DNA of 64,000 bases from a virus. Under the pieces are notes generated by a model that saw only the letters and a list, made by a program, of their open reading frames with translations, was not told the DNA's origin and made no database searches. Positions 1 to 9,998 of this stretch are shown in pieces (within the stretch, counting starts at the first letter, position 1; every line of letters begins with the position of its first letter). A program made the position numbers and the translations under genes. The stretch lies in IMG/VR virus record IMGVR_UViG_3300029121_000001; one strand, given 5' to 3'.

Positions 1-144
1 GACAAGAGAATTGATATCGATAAATAGATTAATTTTATTACAATTAGATCCAGTATAAGACTGACTAATCAGCTCAGCCATTTTCTCATACTTGATAAAA
101 TGTCCAGTCATTAATTGTTCTAGTGTATATTTATCATCTATCAT
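1..144 (-). CDS. hypothetical protein, N-terminal part only (runs off left edge)
   Basis: ATG at 144-142 overlaps the TGA of the upstream gene (ATGA coupling). Open to position 1: MIDDKYTLEQLMTGHFIKYEKMAELISQSYTGSNCNKINLFIDINSLV. Confidence 0.6.
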   Translation of the reverse strand, partial: MIDDKYTLEQLMTGHFIKYEKMAELISQSYTGSNCNKINLFIDINSLV

Positions 145-491
145 TCATTTCCAACTCCTTTATTATTAAATCTACCTGTATGTCTATGCTCAACTTTAGA
201 TGGTAGTTCGAGATTAAATCTATTTCTAACTGATCTAATCTCTTCAATTATATTAAAGTCAAGATCAAGAGCTTCATAAATAAGAATTAGATTATCAATA
301 GAAATCTGATATTTAGATTCCATCTTACTAACCATAGAATGTGTAACACCAATTCTTCTTGCGAGTTCATCTTGAGAAATATCTTTCTCTAATCTAGTAG
401 CTTTAATCTTATCAATAAGATTTCTTTTTACTTGTTCAACTAACATTGATTGGGCAATATTTTCATAAACTTTACTACAAGGACCATTCAT
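141..491 (-). CDS. XRE/Cro-CI family helix-turn-helix transcriptional regulator
   Basis: HTH signature ISQDELARRIGVTHSMVSKMESKYQISIDNLILIYEAL. The track start at 506 is a TTG inside the GGAGG RBS; the ATG at 491 (MNGPCSKV) has proper spacing. Confidence 0.8.
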   Translation of the reverse strand: MNGPCSKVYENIAQSMLVEQVKRNLIDKIKATRLEKDISQDELARRIGVTHSMVSKMESKYQISIDNLILIYEALDLDFNIIEEIRSVRNRFNLELPSKVEHRHTGRFNNKGVGNE

Positions 492-516
492 TTTACAATC
501 CTCCAATAATTAAAAA

Positions 517-543
517 GGAGTAGAGAATTAAATTCTCTACTCC
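517..543 (-). terminator. intrinsic terminator after 553..948
   Basis: Hairpin ggagtagagaatt/aattctctactcc followed by a T-run on the minus strand. Confidence 0.7.
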
Positions 544-552
544 GATTGTTAT

Positions 553-948
553 TTAATCAATAATAGTACGTAAATCAAAGGTTTCATCAATATCGTCAGG
601 AACCTTATCACCATAACAAGCTCTTACTGCTTCAGGGAAATCAGAACGATTCTTAATAGCACCAAGAATCTTCTCAGTCTTACCAAAGCCTTCTTCAACA
701 AGAGCATGGGTCAGCTCATGAGGACCATCTTCTGTAAGAAAACTACAGCCTTTAAGCATTCTTTCATTACCATCTGCGTCTGTAGTATATTTACGAATAT
801 CAAGCTTAATCTTACTAGGATCTACTTCTTCATCTGCTCCAACCCAAGCAATCTGTGCAAGACGAATAAATTGATTATTCTTTTCATCTACTACACGATT
901 AACACCACGAAAAGAATATTTAAATTCAGAATTCTTACTGAATGCCAT
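553..948 (-). CDS. hypothetical protein, possibly PC4/YdbC-like ssDNA-binding fold
   Basis: 131-aa ORF with AAGGAG RBS. The W..LDIRKY pattern is reminiscent of bacterial PC4-like proteins; the family call is from memory only. Confidence 0.4.
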   Translation of the reverse strand: MAFSKNSEFKYSFRGVNRVVDEKNNQFIRLAQIAWVGADEEVDPSKIKLDIRKYTTDADGNERMLKGCSFLTEDGPHELTHALVEEGFGKTEKILGAIKNRSDFPEAVRACYGDKVPDDIDETFDLRTIID

Positions 949-984
949 ATTAATTACTCCTTAATTTTATTTAAAAAATAAAAA

Positions 985-1013
985 GGTCTGGGAGACCTTA
1001 GGCTTCCCAGACC
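985..1013 (-). terminator. intrinsic terminator after 1038..1889
   Basis: GGTCTGGGA/TCCCAGACC stem followed by TTTTTATTTTTT on the minus strand. Confidence 0.7.
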
Positions 1014-1037
1014 CTTCATGATTTTTAGTTTACTAGA

Positions 1038-1889
1038 TTAGTAGCAAACAATTGCACCCTGATAATTAGTGGTATAATTGCTGTCAGGCTTGACCTTGCT
1101 CATAGCCTCACAATCAAGCTCTCTGATATCAAGGATCCAATCATTGTTAGCCATAGCCTGATAATAAATATTGGACATCATGCCCATATTCATCTGCTGA
1201 GGAACAGTGCACACTTCCTGAAGAGGTGCAATGCTATATCCAAAGTTGATATCATCCTTATGGCCACGAGCAGCTGCAATGACCTTCAGGATATCCATGC
1301 ACTTGACCGAAACCTGAGTCTGCTCAGTATTGGTCTTTACATCGTAAGAATCCTGAGCAGTAATGATATTATTCCATTCAACTCTCAGATTGTTGTTGGG
1401 AAGCAGGAAATCACTCAGAATATCCTTTGCATCCTGAGTAATACCAACTGCATACTTGCTACCACCTCTGCTCATTGCGGCATTGACATTCTTCCAGATG
1501 TTGATCTTGTTATACAGCTCTTCAACAGATCTGGTCTTCTGATGCAGATTTGCACCCAGGATAGTGAATGCAACAAACTTACCATCATCAGGAAGCTTAT
1601 TGATCTCGTCCTGGCTCATGAGCTTAAACACAAGCTCAACAGTGACATATCTGATTCCGGTATTGGGATTAGGAGTAATCTTGACAACAGTGCCCTGATA
1701 ATCTGCAAACGTCTGCTTAAACATATGAGTGATATTACGGCAGAGTTCAGTAGATTTGATGAAGAGTTCAGACATACCAGGCTGAGTAATGATAGTAGGA
1801 GTAGTGGGATGCATGCTCAGTTTGCCTTCGATACGTGCGCCAGTGTTAGTGAACTTTTTGGTGTTGTTGTTAGTGCTGCGGATTTCCAT
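1038..1889 (-). CDS. hypothetical protein with GC-richer codon usage (probably abundant)
   Basis: Long ORF. The ATG at 1889 (MEIRST) lies 8 nt after GGAGG; the track start at 1904 is a TTG inside the RBS. Codons are visibly richer in G/C at third positions than in neighbouring genes. Confidence 0.8.
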   Translation of the reverse strand: MEIRSTNNNTKKFTNTGARIEGKLSMHPTTPTIITQPGMSELFIKSTELCRNITHMFKQTFADYQGTVVKITPNPNTGIRYVTVELVFKLMSQDEINKLPDDGKFVAFTILGANLHQKTRSVEELYNKINIWKNVNAAMSRGGSKYAVGITQDAKDILSDFLLPNNNLRVEWNNIITAQDSYDVKTNTEQTQVSVKCMDILKVIAAARGHKDDINFGYSIAPLQEVCTVPQQMNMGMMSNIYYQAMANNDWILDIRELDCEAMSKVKPDSNYTTNYQGAIVCY

Positions 1890-1974
1890 GGTAGGTACCT
1901 CCAAATTAAAAAATTGTTTTACACCGTGTACTTTGGTGTTTACGTATAATAAAAGATATTTTCATATCTTCTAT

Positions 1975-1990
1975 CACTATTATAATATCT
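1975..1990 (-). promoter_or_regulatory. copy of recurrent promoter-like motif AGATATTATAATAGTG
   Basis: Matches the 16-nt consensus AGATATTATAAWWWTG, 86 nt upstream of the 1889 start. Confidence 0.45.
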
Positions 1991-2020
1991 TGCCATTTTA
2001 AATATTAGACTATCAATATT

Positions 2021-3067
2021 TTACTTATTATGATTATCATAATTTTCCATGGCAGCTTTCAATCTTGTCTGTATTCTATTAGTTTGCTCCTCAGTCATTT
2101 TATAAAATTCAAGAGGACTAAATTCCTGTTCAGATTCAATAAAAGGAACAATCCAAAGAATCTCATCAGAATCCATAATAATCATATACTTCATCTTGAT
2201 AGAGTTTAAATCAATATCGTATCCAAACTTAATAGGAACAGCTTTTACGATATTAATTCCACCACACATCATAGACAGAAATACCTTATTCTCATCAGAA
2301 ATGGGCTTATTAAACTCAAGTTTAAAATCAGTTTTAATAATTCCAATCTTAGAATAAATATCAGTCATCAATCCACAATGGCCAATAAACTTAAAGAGAC
2401 TATTACAATATCCATTATAGCAATCATCTTTAATCGCATTCAGGAAATTCAGAGTAGTATCTTTAGCATATCGAATTGCGGTTTCATAAAGATCATTAAG
2501 AATGTCTTGTGTAGTAGTATTATCGAGTAAAACAGCAAGTGTGCTAGGTGTATCAAATTTGTAAACGTTAGCCATACGAGAATCAATGATTTTAGAAGCT
2601 GCACTAAGATCACTAAAACTATATCCTTCAGGACAAGCATCATCGGTAATGGAAAATCCTACGTCGTCTTCATTAGGATCAAGAAAAGTTTTAAAGATAT
2701 TCATTAGAGATTGACGTGCAAGAATGCAAGGACTATCTGCATCGATCATATGAATATCTTTATTCTCCATAAAGAAAAGCATAATGATATCTTTAATTTC
2801 TCTACCATTTTCTAATTCAGTAACTACTACGTTACTAAGAGACAGAATACCATCAGGAGCTAGAGGAGTATAACCCTTAATCATTTCCTTAAATTTATCT
2901 TTAGGAAGAGTTTTATATCCTTTCACCTTATAATCATGATCAAGTTCTGCATAATTCCAACTTTTACCATTATCAGATTCTTTGATAATACGAACCATAT
3001 CAAAACCATCATCAATACTATTATATTTGCAAAACAGTTTACCGATATTTGTTTTCAATTCTGTCAT
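2021..3067 (-). CDS. hypothetical protein
   Basis: 348-aa ORF, AAGGAG RBS 8 nt before the ATG. Confidence 0.85.
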   Translation of the reverse strand: MTELKTNIGKLFCKYNSIDDGFDMVRIIKESDNGKSWNYAELDHDYKVKGYKTLPKDKFKEMIKGYTPLAPDGILSLSNVVVTELENGREIKDIIMLFFMENKDIHMIDADSPCILARQSLMNIFKTFLDPNEDDVGFSITDDACPEGYSFSDLSAASKIIDSRMANVYKFDTPSTLAVLLDNTTTQDILNDLYETAIRYAKDTTLNFLNAIKDDCYNGYCNSLFKFIGHCGLMTDIYSKIGIIKTDFKLEFNKPISDENKVFLSMMCGGINIVKAVPIKFGYDIDLNSIKMKYMIIMDSDEILWIVPFIESEQEFSPLEFYKMTEEQTNRIQTRLKAAMENYDNHNK

Positions 3068-3128
3068 GATGATTACTCCTTTTCAAACATCTGTTATTGT
3101 ACAGTTTTTATTGTAATAAACAATAAAA

Positions 3129-3156
3129 GACCAATAGGACGAAACTCCTATTGGTC
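3129..3156 (-). terminator. intrinsic terminator after 3191..3514
   Basis: Hairpin gaccaatagga/tcctattggtc followed by TTTTATTGTTTATT on the minus strand. Confidence 0.65.
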
Positions 3157-3190
3157 TCATTATTATATTATCTCAGCAATTGGAAATTTA

Positions 3191-3514
3191 TCATCGACAT
3201 TCTTGAACATACAAATTAGCACAATTACCCGTAGATTGAGCATCTATTCTAAATACTTTGCCATATATATTCTTTCGATTATGAATATCATAATTAATAT
3301 AATTAACCATGTTAGCCAAATCGGAAGGATTAGATGTCATGATTTGCATTTGAAGCGTATAATGGTTTGAGTCAGTGATACCACACACTCCAGTTACATT
3401 ATATTGCTTTACAATATCATATATTGCCATTGAATGGTCAAAGAATCGTAGAATATCATCAATAGGATAAGTAGATGCTTTATATGTCTGTCCAATGAAT
3501 TCTGGCATATTCAT
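3191..3514 (-). CDS. hypothetical protein
   Basis: 107-aa ORF, AAGGAG RBS. Confidence 0.8.
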   Translation of the reverse strand: MNMPEFIGQTYKASTYPIDDILRFFDHSMAIYDIVKQYNVTGVCGITDSNHYTLQMQIMTSNPSDLANMVNYINYDIHNRKNIYGKVFRIDAQSTGNCANLYVQECR

Positions 3515-3529
3515 TAGAGTTTGACTCCT

Positions 3530-3685
3530 TTAGGTAAGATTATCTTCTATCATTCTACCTACTTGTCTAGCTCCTTGTTCCTCTTTTGATAATTTACTTT
3601 CTTCTTCTTTTTCTCTCCAATACATATAATACAATGTATTTATATCAGATAATAGAAGATGATCGAATTCTAACATAGAGGTCAT
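3530..3685 (-). CDS. possible small ORF (51 aa)
   Basis: MTSMLEFDHLLLSDINTLYYMYWREKEEESKLSKEEQGARQVGRMIEDNLT fills the gap between two minus-strand genes, but no clear RBS. Confidence 0.3.
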   Translation of the reverse strand: MTSMLEFDHLLLSDINTLYYMYWREKEEESKLSKEEQGARQVGRMIEDNLT

Positions 3686-3708
3686 GTTTTTAAAATACTT
3701 AACCAGAG

Positions 3709-5658
3709 TTACTTTTCTGTATATGTAGTCGCGATACGAACCAATTGCTGCCGTGTAAAAAGCATACCACGAGGATTGACAGTGCTCTCAGCTACCTTAT
3801 TACCACACTTCGGACAATTAGTTTCAGGCATCACATACTCAATATCAGCATTAGACTTAATAACAGCAGCATTGATTAGAGAAGCAACAATGCTAAATTC
3901 AACAGTATTAAATTCCTTAAGGATCTTAGAATATGCAGCAATCTTAGACTTGAAAGTCTTAGCATGATCGCCAGGATACTTTTTCCATCCAACAGGATAT
4001 AGATTACCATCATCACCGATCATATAAATACGATCAATGAATCTAATGACACTAATAATGGATTCATACTTTCTGATGAATGCATCATCAAGAGCACCAT
4101 ATTCATACATGATAGTGAACAAAGAAGGCATCTTGATACCAACAGCAAATCTATCATTGATGACAGTAACTACAGATTCATATGCTCCAGAGTTGTCAGG
4201 TGTTAGTTCCATATTCTTGATAGAATCAAACTTCTTCTTGGTATCATCGCTTCCGAATTTAACCATCTTATCAATGGGAAGATCATCGGATAGCCAAGCA
4301 TATTGGCAATGATCATTGTCACATGTGTAAGGTACATAGTTAGCACCTTCTAGAGATGCTACATATAGTGCCATAAAAATGCTATCTAGATCGCCAAAAG
4401 GAATGGTCTTAGCCCATGCTTCCAGAGTAGCAGGACGATACGGATTGACATCATGCTCAAAAATAATACGAGCCTGAGTAGTTGTCAGAACAGTATTAGA
4501 ATTATTATCCTGCTCTGCTAGCAATGCAACTTCAGCACCCTTTAGAGAAGATGCAATATAAGGACGATTTGCAAACATCAAAGGCCAAGTAGCAGTCTTA
4601 ACTGCAACGGGCTTAGTATTTTTCAAAACGTCCTTAATATTAATGACCTTATTAGAAACAACAAGCTGAGATGCATTTACTTTACGACCAGTGTTAACAA
4701 TCTTCTTCATGATATCATTACGAAGATTTGCCATTGCAACATCAACAAGTTTTTCAGATTCCTCATCATCAATAGGATCAGTTCTAGAACTTTCATCCTC
4801 ATCATCAGACTCTTCTTCAAAATCATTGTCATCAATATCTTCTAGATCATCAGATGTCACATGAGAAATATTGTTATCCATACTAGTCAAGGTATCATGC
4901 TTATCATCTTCAGCAGCAAGAATCTCTGCATCCTCGGACTCAACAGCACTATCTTCCTCAACGTCATCTGTGACGGTCTCATCCTCCGCATTCTCTTCTT
5001 CAGGAGCAGCTTCTTCCTCTACAATATGAGCAAAAGGATGAGGATTATTATCTTCTTCGATATCTTGATTATGAATCACAACATGAGTAGGCTCTTCAAC
5101 TTCTTCATCCTCATCATAATCAGAATCTTCAAAGTCATCATTTAGATCTTCGGACACAATACCATTATCTGTATTGATTGGTGCCTTAATCTTGTCATCT
5201 TCACTCATAGGTGTATATAGAGGATTCGGCATATACTGAATCTCATCACCAACATTCTCTAGACCATTCTCAATGCTTTCACGGTTAGCAGCATCTTCTT
5301 CTTCCATCTTAGCAACAGCTTCATGGAATTCCTGCTTACGACGAGTAACAGCAGCTGCTAGTTCGTTGACATACTTCTCTTGAATAGGCTTAGGTTCAGG
5401 CTTACTAACAGGCTCAATATAATCATTAGGATTAATTTCTTGAATCTGATCTGCAGATTCAACAGTACGATGAACACGCTTACGATTAGGATTAATCTTA
5501 ATTGTCTGACGGTTAGGATTCTGATTTTCATCAGCAATACCAGTAACAGTACCACCTGCTGCATTGATATTAATAGGTTGAGTATTCTGGGCAGGAGTTA
5601 CGCCAGGCTGTGTAATAACAACCTTAGGTCCAGTTCTATTTAGATCATTCACATTCAT
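3709..5658 (-). CDS. hypothetical protein with a long acidic low-complexity centre and a C-terminal CxxC pair
   Basis: 649-aa ORF, AAGGAG RBS. D/E-rich region; NCPKCG near the C-terminus. Confidence 0.85.
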   Translation of the reverse strand: MNVNDLNRTGPKVVITQPGVTPAQNTQPININAAGGTVTGIADENQNPNRQTIKINPNRKRVHRTVESADQIQEINPNDYIEPVSKPEPKPIQEKYVNELAAAVTRRKQEFHEAVAKMEEEDAANRESIENGLENVGDEIQYMPNPLYTPMSEDDKIKAPINTDNGIVSEDLNDDFEDSDYDEDEEVEEPTHVVIHNQDIEEDNNPHPFAHIVEEEAAPEEENAEDETVTDDVEEDSAVESEDAEILAAEDDKHDTLTSMDNNISHVTSDDLEDIDDNDFEEESDDEDESSRTDPIDDEESEKLVDVAMANLRNDIMKKIVNTGRKVNASQLVVSNKVINIKDVLKNTKPVAVKTATWPLMFANRPYIASSLKGAEVALLAEQDNNSNTVLTTTQARIIFEHDVNPYRPATLEAWAKTIPFGDLDSIFMALYVASLEGANYVPYTCDNDHCQYAWLSDDLPIDKMVKFGSDDTKKKFDSIKNMELTPDNSGAYESVVTVINDRFAVGIKMPSLFTIMYEYGALDDAFIRKYESIISVIRFIDRIYMIGDDGNLYPVGWKKYPGDHAKTFKSKIAAYSKILKEFNTVEFSIVASLINAAVIKSNADIEYVMPETNCPKCGNKVAESTVNPRGMLFTRQQLVRIATTYTEK

Positions 5659-5685
5659 TTGATTATCTCCTTACTAAAAATATAA

Positions 5686-6060
5686 TTAAGATACTAGATC
5701 ATTTAGTTCTATAGGAGTAGAACTATTTTCTGTATCATATATGAACTTAGTACCATCAGCAATAATTATGATATTGAGATATTTAGTATTTTCTTTCAAA
5801 TTTAAAATTACATCACATGCAAGAAATTCTCCAGACATATATGTTTCAATTTGTTTTTGAATTCTAGTACGAAGCATCTCAAGATCATCTTCAGAAATAA
5901 ATCTGTACTTAGGTCCTAGTCCTACACCCATTCCAGGATGCAAAGGATTAGATCCAGGCTGTAATATTAATAGTCTAAAGAGTAGTGTTCCATAAGCATC
6001 TGCTCCTTTAATTGATTTAGGTTCAAGATACTCACTCGTAGTCAATAAATGTTCTACCAT
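5686..6060 (-). CDS. hypothetical protein, possibly gp25/GPW-like baseplate wedge protein
   Basis: 124 aa. LILQPGSNPLHPGMGVGL resembles the PxFG region of gp25-like proteins; weak, from memory. Confidence 0.4.
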   Translation of the reverse strand: MVEHLLTTSEYLEPKSIKGADAYGTLLFRLLILQPGSNPLHPGMGVGLGPKYRFISEDDLEMLRTRIQKQIETYMSGEFLACDVILNLKENTKYLNIIIIADGTKFIYDTENSSTPIELNDLVS

Positions 6061-6191
6061 ATGATTACCACCTACCTAATTATATAATTGTATTCCATAT
6101 AAAATATTATAACAATTAATATTAAGTCAATGAAAATAGGATGGCTAAACATCCAAATAATTTACTGAGTATATTTTAAGGAGGAATAGTA

Positions 6192-9100
6192 ATGCAGTCT
6201 ATTATTCTTGCAGAATCAGTTGTTGCTAATACTGCTAAGAGTACTTATCAAAAGAAATATAAGTGCCCTTATTGTGATAAACGATTTGTAAGAGCAAAAC
6301 TTCATATTCATATTCAAAATGAACATGAAGATCTTATACCTGAAGGTTATACTGCTCTTAGAGTAGCATTCAATACTATTAATCATAAAACAGAAGGTCA
6401 TTGCATTATGTGTGGTGCAGTGACTGATTGGAATGAAGACAAAGGTAGATATGAAAGACTCTGCAATAATCCTAAATGCCATGAAGCATATAAGAAGATG
6501 GTTGCAGAACGTACTAAGAAAAAGTATGGCACAGAACGTCTTCAGACAGATCCAGAATATGCAGAATATGTTCAAAGAAAAGCACTTGCTGGACGCAAAA
6601 TGCATGGAGAATATAAATTTGCTGATGGTGGAGTAATTGAGTATTTCGGAAGTTATGAAAAGAAATTCCTTCAGTTTATGGATCAAATAATGCATTGTAA
6701 ATCTGAAGATATTCTTGCTCCTGCTCCTAGTATCAAATATATTTATAATGGAGAGCAGCATCTATATATTCCTGACTTCTATTATATTCCTTATAATCTT
6801 ATTATAGAGATTAAAGATGGTGGAAGTAATCCGAATAACCATCCTCATCGTACTGGAGAAGATGAACTTAAGCTTAGATGTAAAGAAGAAGCTATTATAC
6901 AGCTTAATGAATTTAGCTATGTAAGAGTAGTTAATAATGACTTTAGCCAAGTATTGAGTATCATGGCAGTGCTTAAATATAACATGGCTCATAGATACAA
7001 AGACCCTGTTGTTAAGGTAAATGAGAGTACGCTTCTAGAAACTGCTAGTATAGTAGATAAGAATTTCAAGCCTAAAGACAGAATTAATCTATATTCTTTG
7101 AAGAAAGTTCATATCACGGAAGCCGTCATTGAAAAGTATAAGAAACAGTATCCTGATCTGCGTCATGTTAGATGCAAAGATACTGATACTTATAAATGTG
7201 ATGGATATATGTGGTTTGATAATGAGAATCTAGTAGCCCAAGTAGGATCTTGTGAGTATCTAGATGATGGAACAAAATGGATTGTAAGTCTAGATATTAT
7301 GAAAGATTATAAGGGTCATGGTTTAAGTAAACAAATTCTTGATTTTGCAACTAAGATCATGAAATGCAAATATCTTTCTGTAGATAAAAATAATAAACTT
7401 GCAAAAATGATTTATGATCAGTATGGATTTAAAGTTTATTATGAAGATGATAAGATGTACTACATGACTCTAGAAGCAAATCCTGTAAAGGTCAATGAAT
7501 CTACTTTATTAGAATCTGTATCTAATAATTATCCTAAGGATCTTTATAACTGGATGAAGGCAAATATTACATATAAATCTACTGGAATTCTTCTATCACC
7601 TGAAGAGGTAGAAGAATATGGATATGGAGATTGTCATGATCAGGCAAATTATATTCATAGTAAATTGTCTACTAAAGATATTTCTAATGGAAGATTATTT
7701 GTGATTGAATATAATGATCTAAATTCTCCTGCAGGAAAAACTCATACTGCTGCTTATTATAAGCAGAATGGAAAGTATTATTGGATTGAAAATGCTTGGT
7801 ATGAGCAAACTGGAATCCATGGTCCTTATAATAGTATTTTCGATCTTAAAATTGCTATTGTAAATGTATGGGTTTGGGGTAATTATAAGAATCTATATAT
7901 AGGCTCTGTAAATAGATCTAAAATTAAGAATGGTATGAATCTAAATGATTATGTAAATGCTTGTCTTCCTGAGAATGAAAAAATGATTAAGCCTTTTATT
8001 ATCAATGAAGATAATACCAATCATATTAAGAATAAAGTTGTTGAGTCTATGTCTGATACTATTGGTGGTGCATTACCACTAACTCCTAATCCTATTCCTT
8101 ATGAATCTAATAAAGATAATTATTACATTATCCAGCATATGGAGAATAATGCTTTTGCTTATTCTCTTACTAAAGATCCTGTACAATATACAATGTATTC
8201 TGTAGATCCTGAATCTAAAGGATTTTATAAAGTTTTTAAGTCTGATAAGAGTAAGATTAATAAAAAATATTCTACTTTTAAGATCAAGGATCGCCAAAAA
8301 GCAAAAGAACTTTATGATGAATTAGCAAAGATTGAATCTTCTAATTCTAAAACTTTCTTTGCTGGAGATACTTCTAATGATTATATTTATCAACGTCTAA
8401 CTGAAGGCTCTAAAATAATTTCTGATGATCAAATTAGATATGATACTAGATTTGAAGAAGTTAAAAACTTCAATGAAGAAGTTCAAGATATCTGTGAATC
8501 TGTAAGAAATTTCATTCTTGGTGATCCCATCACTAGACTAGAAGAGCAGGTATCTACTCTATCCAATCTAGTAAATATCAATGAATCTTCTAATTATGTC
8601 TCTAGTGATTATGACATGATTACTAGTATAGAAGATTATGATAATAAAGTTCTTAAAGCAAAAACTGCTGAACAAATGGGTTTAATTATTCTATATCCTG
8701 AGTTTAAATATGGTACTTGTAATAAAAATACCATTGATAAACTTAAGAAGAAATATGCAGACTTTAATGCTCTTTCCCAAGAAAAAAGAACTCTATCTAA
8801 TAGAACAGCATATCATATCTTTGGATATGATAATGATACTCTATATAGTAAGCTACTTAATCTCTATGTATCAACAACTATGAAATCCGGAGGAGGATCA
8901 GAAGGATATTCATATAATACTATGAGATCTATTACTCCTCCTATTGAGCAATATTATAAACCTGGTGAAAAAGTTGGTACAGTTAGTTCTGATACTAAAG
9001 TGGCTAGAGAATCTTTTACTGATGATTCTTCTTGGAGACAAGTTGTAAGCAAACTTTGTCTAGAAGCAAATAACACAAGTGATGCAAAAAAGAAAAATGA

Positions 9101-9902
9101 TCTCAAAAATGAGATCATCAATCTTGGATGGAATCCTGAAATTCCTTTCAATGAAGAAGCCATTACTAGAGTAAAAAATATGAGACATAAGCTTCATATT
9201 TTTACAGAGGTGGATGCTGAAGAGTATATCAGAAATATTCATACTTTCAATGAAGCTACTTATAATCAATTGAAAGATAAGATTGTTCCTGTATTCATTT
9301 GCCTATTCAAAGGTAAAGCTCTTCATAGTAGAGGAATTGAGCTGTATACCGGATCTGAATGGTCTCATGCTGCAATATCATTCGATTCTTCTATGAAACA
9401 AATGTATACATTTAATATGAATCCTAAAGTAACTTCTAATGGAATATCTAAAGGATTTACTATTGAAAGTATAGAAGCTTATTGGAAAATAGATCCTTCT
9501 ATCAAATTCAAAGTTCATGCTCTATTTGTTACAAAAGAGCAAAAGATTATGATGGAAGATGCAATCAAATGGTATGTAACTCATCAGAATGAAACTAAGT
9601 ATTCTTTTAAAACCATTATCAATATTGCTCTAAAACGAGTATCAGATTTTGGTTCTGAATATGCAAATAAAACTGAAATGGTATGTAGTCAGTTTGTATA
9701 TACTATTTTGGCAATTGCAGATTTCAAAACTAAGGTCACTAAAGATGCAAGTCTAGTAAGTCCTGGAGATCTTGATACTAGTATTGATGATAGACTATAC
9801 TCTATGTTTATTGGAGGTATTGGCCTATATAGTAGTAAAAAGATTGATAGAATGGTTAGACAAATCATTCCTACACTACCATTAGATAAGTATAATATTT
9901 AA
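6192..9902 (+). CDS. multidomain polyprotein: C2H2 Zn finger, PD-(D/E)xK-like nuclease motif, GNAT acetyltransferase, transglutaminase-like Cys peptidase, C-terminal permuted papain/YiiX-like peptidase
   Basis: YKCPYCDKRFVRAKLHIHIQNEH; IPDFYY..IIEIKD; YKGHGLSKQILDFA (GNAT motif A); YGYGDCHDQANY; WSHAAISF ... MVCSQFVY ... SPGDL. The linker PV(V)KVNESTLLE is repeated. Confidence 0.6.
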   Translation: MQSIILAESVVANTAKSTYQKKYKCPYCDKRFVRAKLHIHIQNEHEDLIPEGYTALRVAFNTINHKTEGHCIMCGAVTDWNEDKGRYERLCNNPKCHEAYKKMVAERTKKKYGTERLQTDPEYAEYVQRKALAGRKMHGEYKFADGGVIEYFGSYEKKFLQFMDQIMHCKSEDILAPAPSIKYIYNGEQHLYIPDFYYIPYNLIIEIKDGGSNPNNHPHRTGEDELKLRCKEEAIIQLNEFSYVRVVNNDFSQVLSIMAVLKYNMAHRYKDPVVKVNESTLLETASIVDKNFKPKDRINLYSLKKVHITEAVIEKYKKQYPDLRHVRCKDTDTYKCDGYMWFDNENLVAQVGSCEYLDDGTKWIVSLDIMKDYKGHGLSKQILDFATKIMKCKYLSVDKNNKLAKMIYDQYGFKVYYEDDKMYYMTLEANPVKVNESTLLESVSNNYPKDLYNWMKANITYKSTGILLSPEEVEEYGYGDCHDQANYIHSKLSTKDISNGRLFVIEYNDLNSPAGKTHTAAYYKQNGKYYWIENAWYEQTGIHGPYNSIFDLKIAIVNVWVWGNYKNLYIGSVNRSKIKNGMNLNDYVNACLPENEKMIKPFIINEDNTNHIKNKVVESMSDTIGGALPLTPNPIPYESNKDNYYIIQHMENNAFAYSLTKDPVQYTMYSVDPESKGFYKVFKSDKSKINKKYSTFKIKDRQKAKELYDELAKIESSNSKTFFAGDTSNDYIYQRLTEGSKIISDDQIRYDTRFEEVKNFNEEVQDICESVRNFILGDPITRLEEQVSTLSNLVNINESSNYVSSDYDMITSIEDYDNKVLKAKTAEQMGLIILYPEFKYGTCNKNTIDKLKKKYADFNALSQEKRTLSNRTAYHIFGYDNDTLYSKLLNLYVSTTMKSGGGSEGYSYNTMRSITPPIEQYYKPGEKVGTVSSDTKVARESFTDDSSWRQVVSKLCLEANNTSDAKKKNDLKNEIINLGWNPEIPFNEEAITRVKNMRHKLHIFTEVDAEEYIRNIHTFNEATYNQLKDKIVPVFICLFKGKALHSRGIELYTGSEWSHAAISFDSSMKQMYTFNMNPKVTSNGISKGFTIESIEAYWKIDPSIKFKVHALFVTKEQKIMMEDAIKWYVTHQNETKYSFKTIINIALKRVSDFGSEYANKTEMVCSQFVYTILAIADFKTKVTKDASLVSPGDLDTSIDDRLYSMFIGGIGLYSSKKIDRMVRQIIPTLPLDKYNI

Positions 9903-9912
9903 CAAACAAAAA

Positions 9913-9939
9913 TCGGCTAGGGAGTTAATCCCTAGCCGA
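9913..9939 (+). terminator. hairpin after 6192..9902
   Basis: tcggctaggga/tccctagccga stem 10 nt after the stop; weak T-run. Confidence 0.5.
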
Positions 9940-9982
9940 CTTATTCAAATCTGCAGTCATTGATTTTCACTTTCCTTCAATT

Positions 9983-9998
9983 AGATATTATAAATATG
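9983..9998 (+). promoter_or_regulatory. promoter-like motif AGATATTATAAATATG
   Basis: Plus-strand copy 56 nt upstream of the plus-strand gene at 10054. Identical 16-mer to the minus-strand copy at 37090-37105. Confidence 0.5.

Noticed and set aside
141-506. Track start codons at 506, 1904, 13588, 57762, 58780 and 62965
   Set aside because: These are TTG/GTG/ATG codons inside or upstream of the GGAGG Shine-Dalgarno (or, at 57762, inside the promoter-like motif). A correctly spaced ATG lies 6-51 nt downstream, so the shorter coordinates were used.
1260-1949. 229-aa plus-strand ORF and many similar track ORFs (for example 6216..6761, 28933..29400, 29986..30474, 39507..40073, 40710..41246, 46797..47300, 54135..54557, 59758..60144)
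   Set aside because: These are antisense shadow ORFs lying entirely inside longer, RBS-preceded genes with recognisable products. They have low-complexity or Ile/Leu/Ser-rich translations and no RBS.
3158-3173. Promoter-like motif copy AGATAATATAATAATG
   Set aside because: It lies upstream of, not downstream of, the terminator hairpin at 3129-3156, so a transcript starting here would immediately meet a terminator. It is also more degenerate than the other copies. It is kept only as a note.
7021-7040. ACGCTTCTA inside the 1236-aa gene as an eleventh cassette motif copy
   Set aside because: Only 9 nt match, the TCTG prefix is missing, the match is read in a different frame (E-S-T-L-L-E), and it sits in the middle of a continuous ORF. 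It is most likely coincidental.
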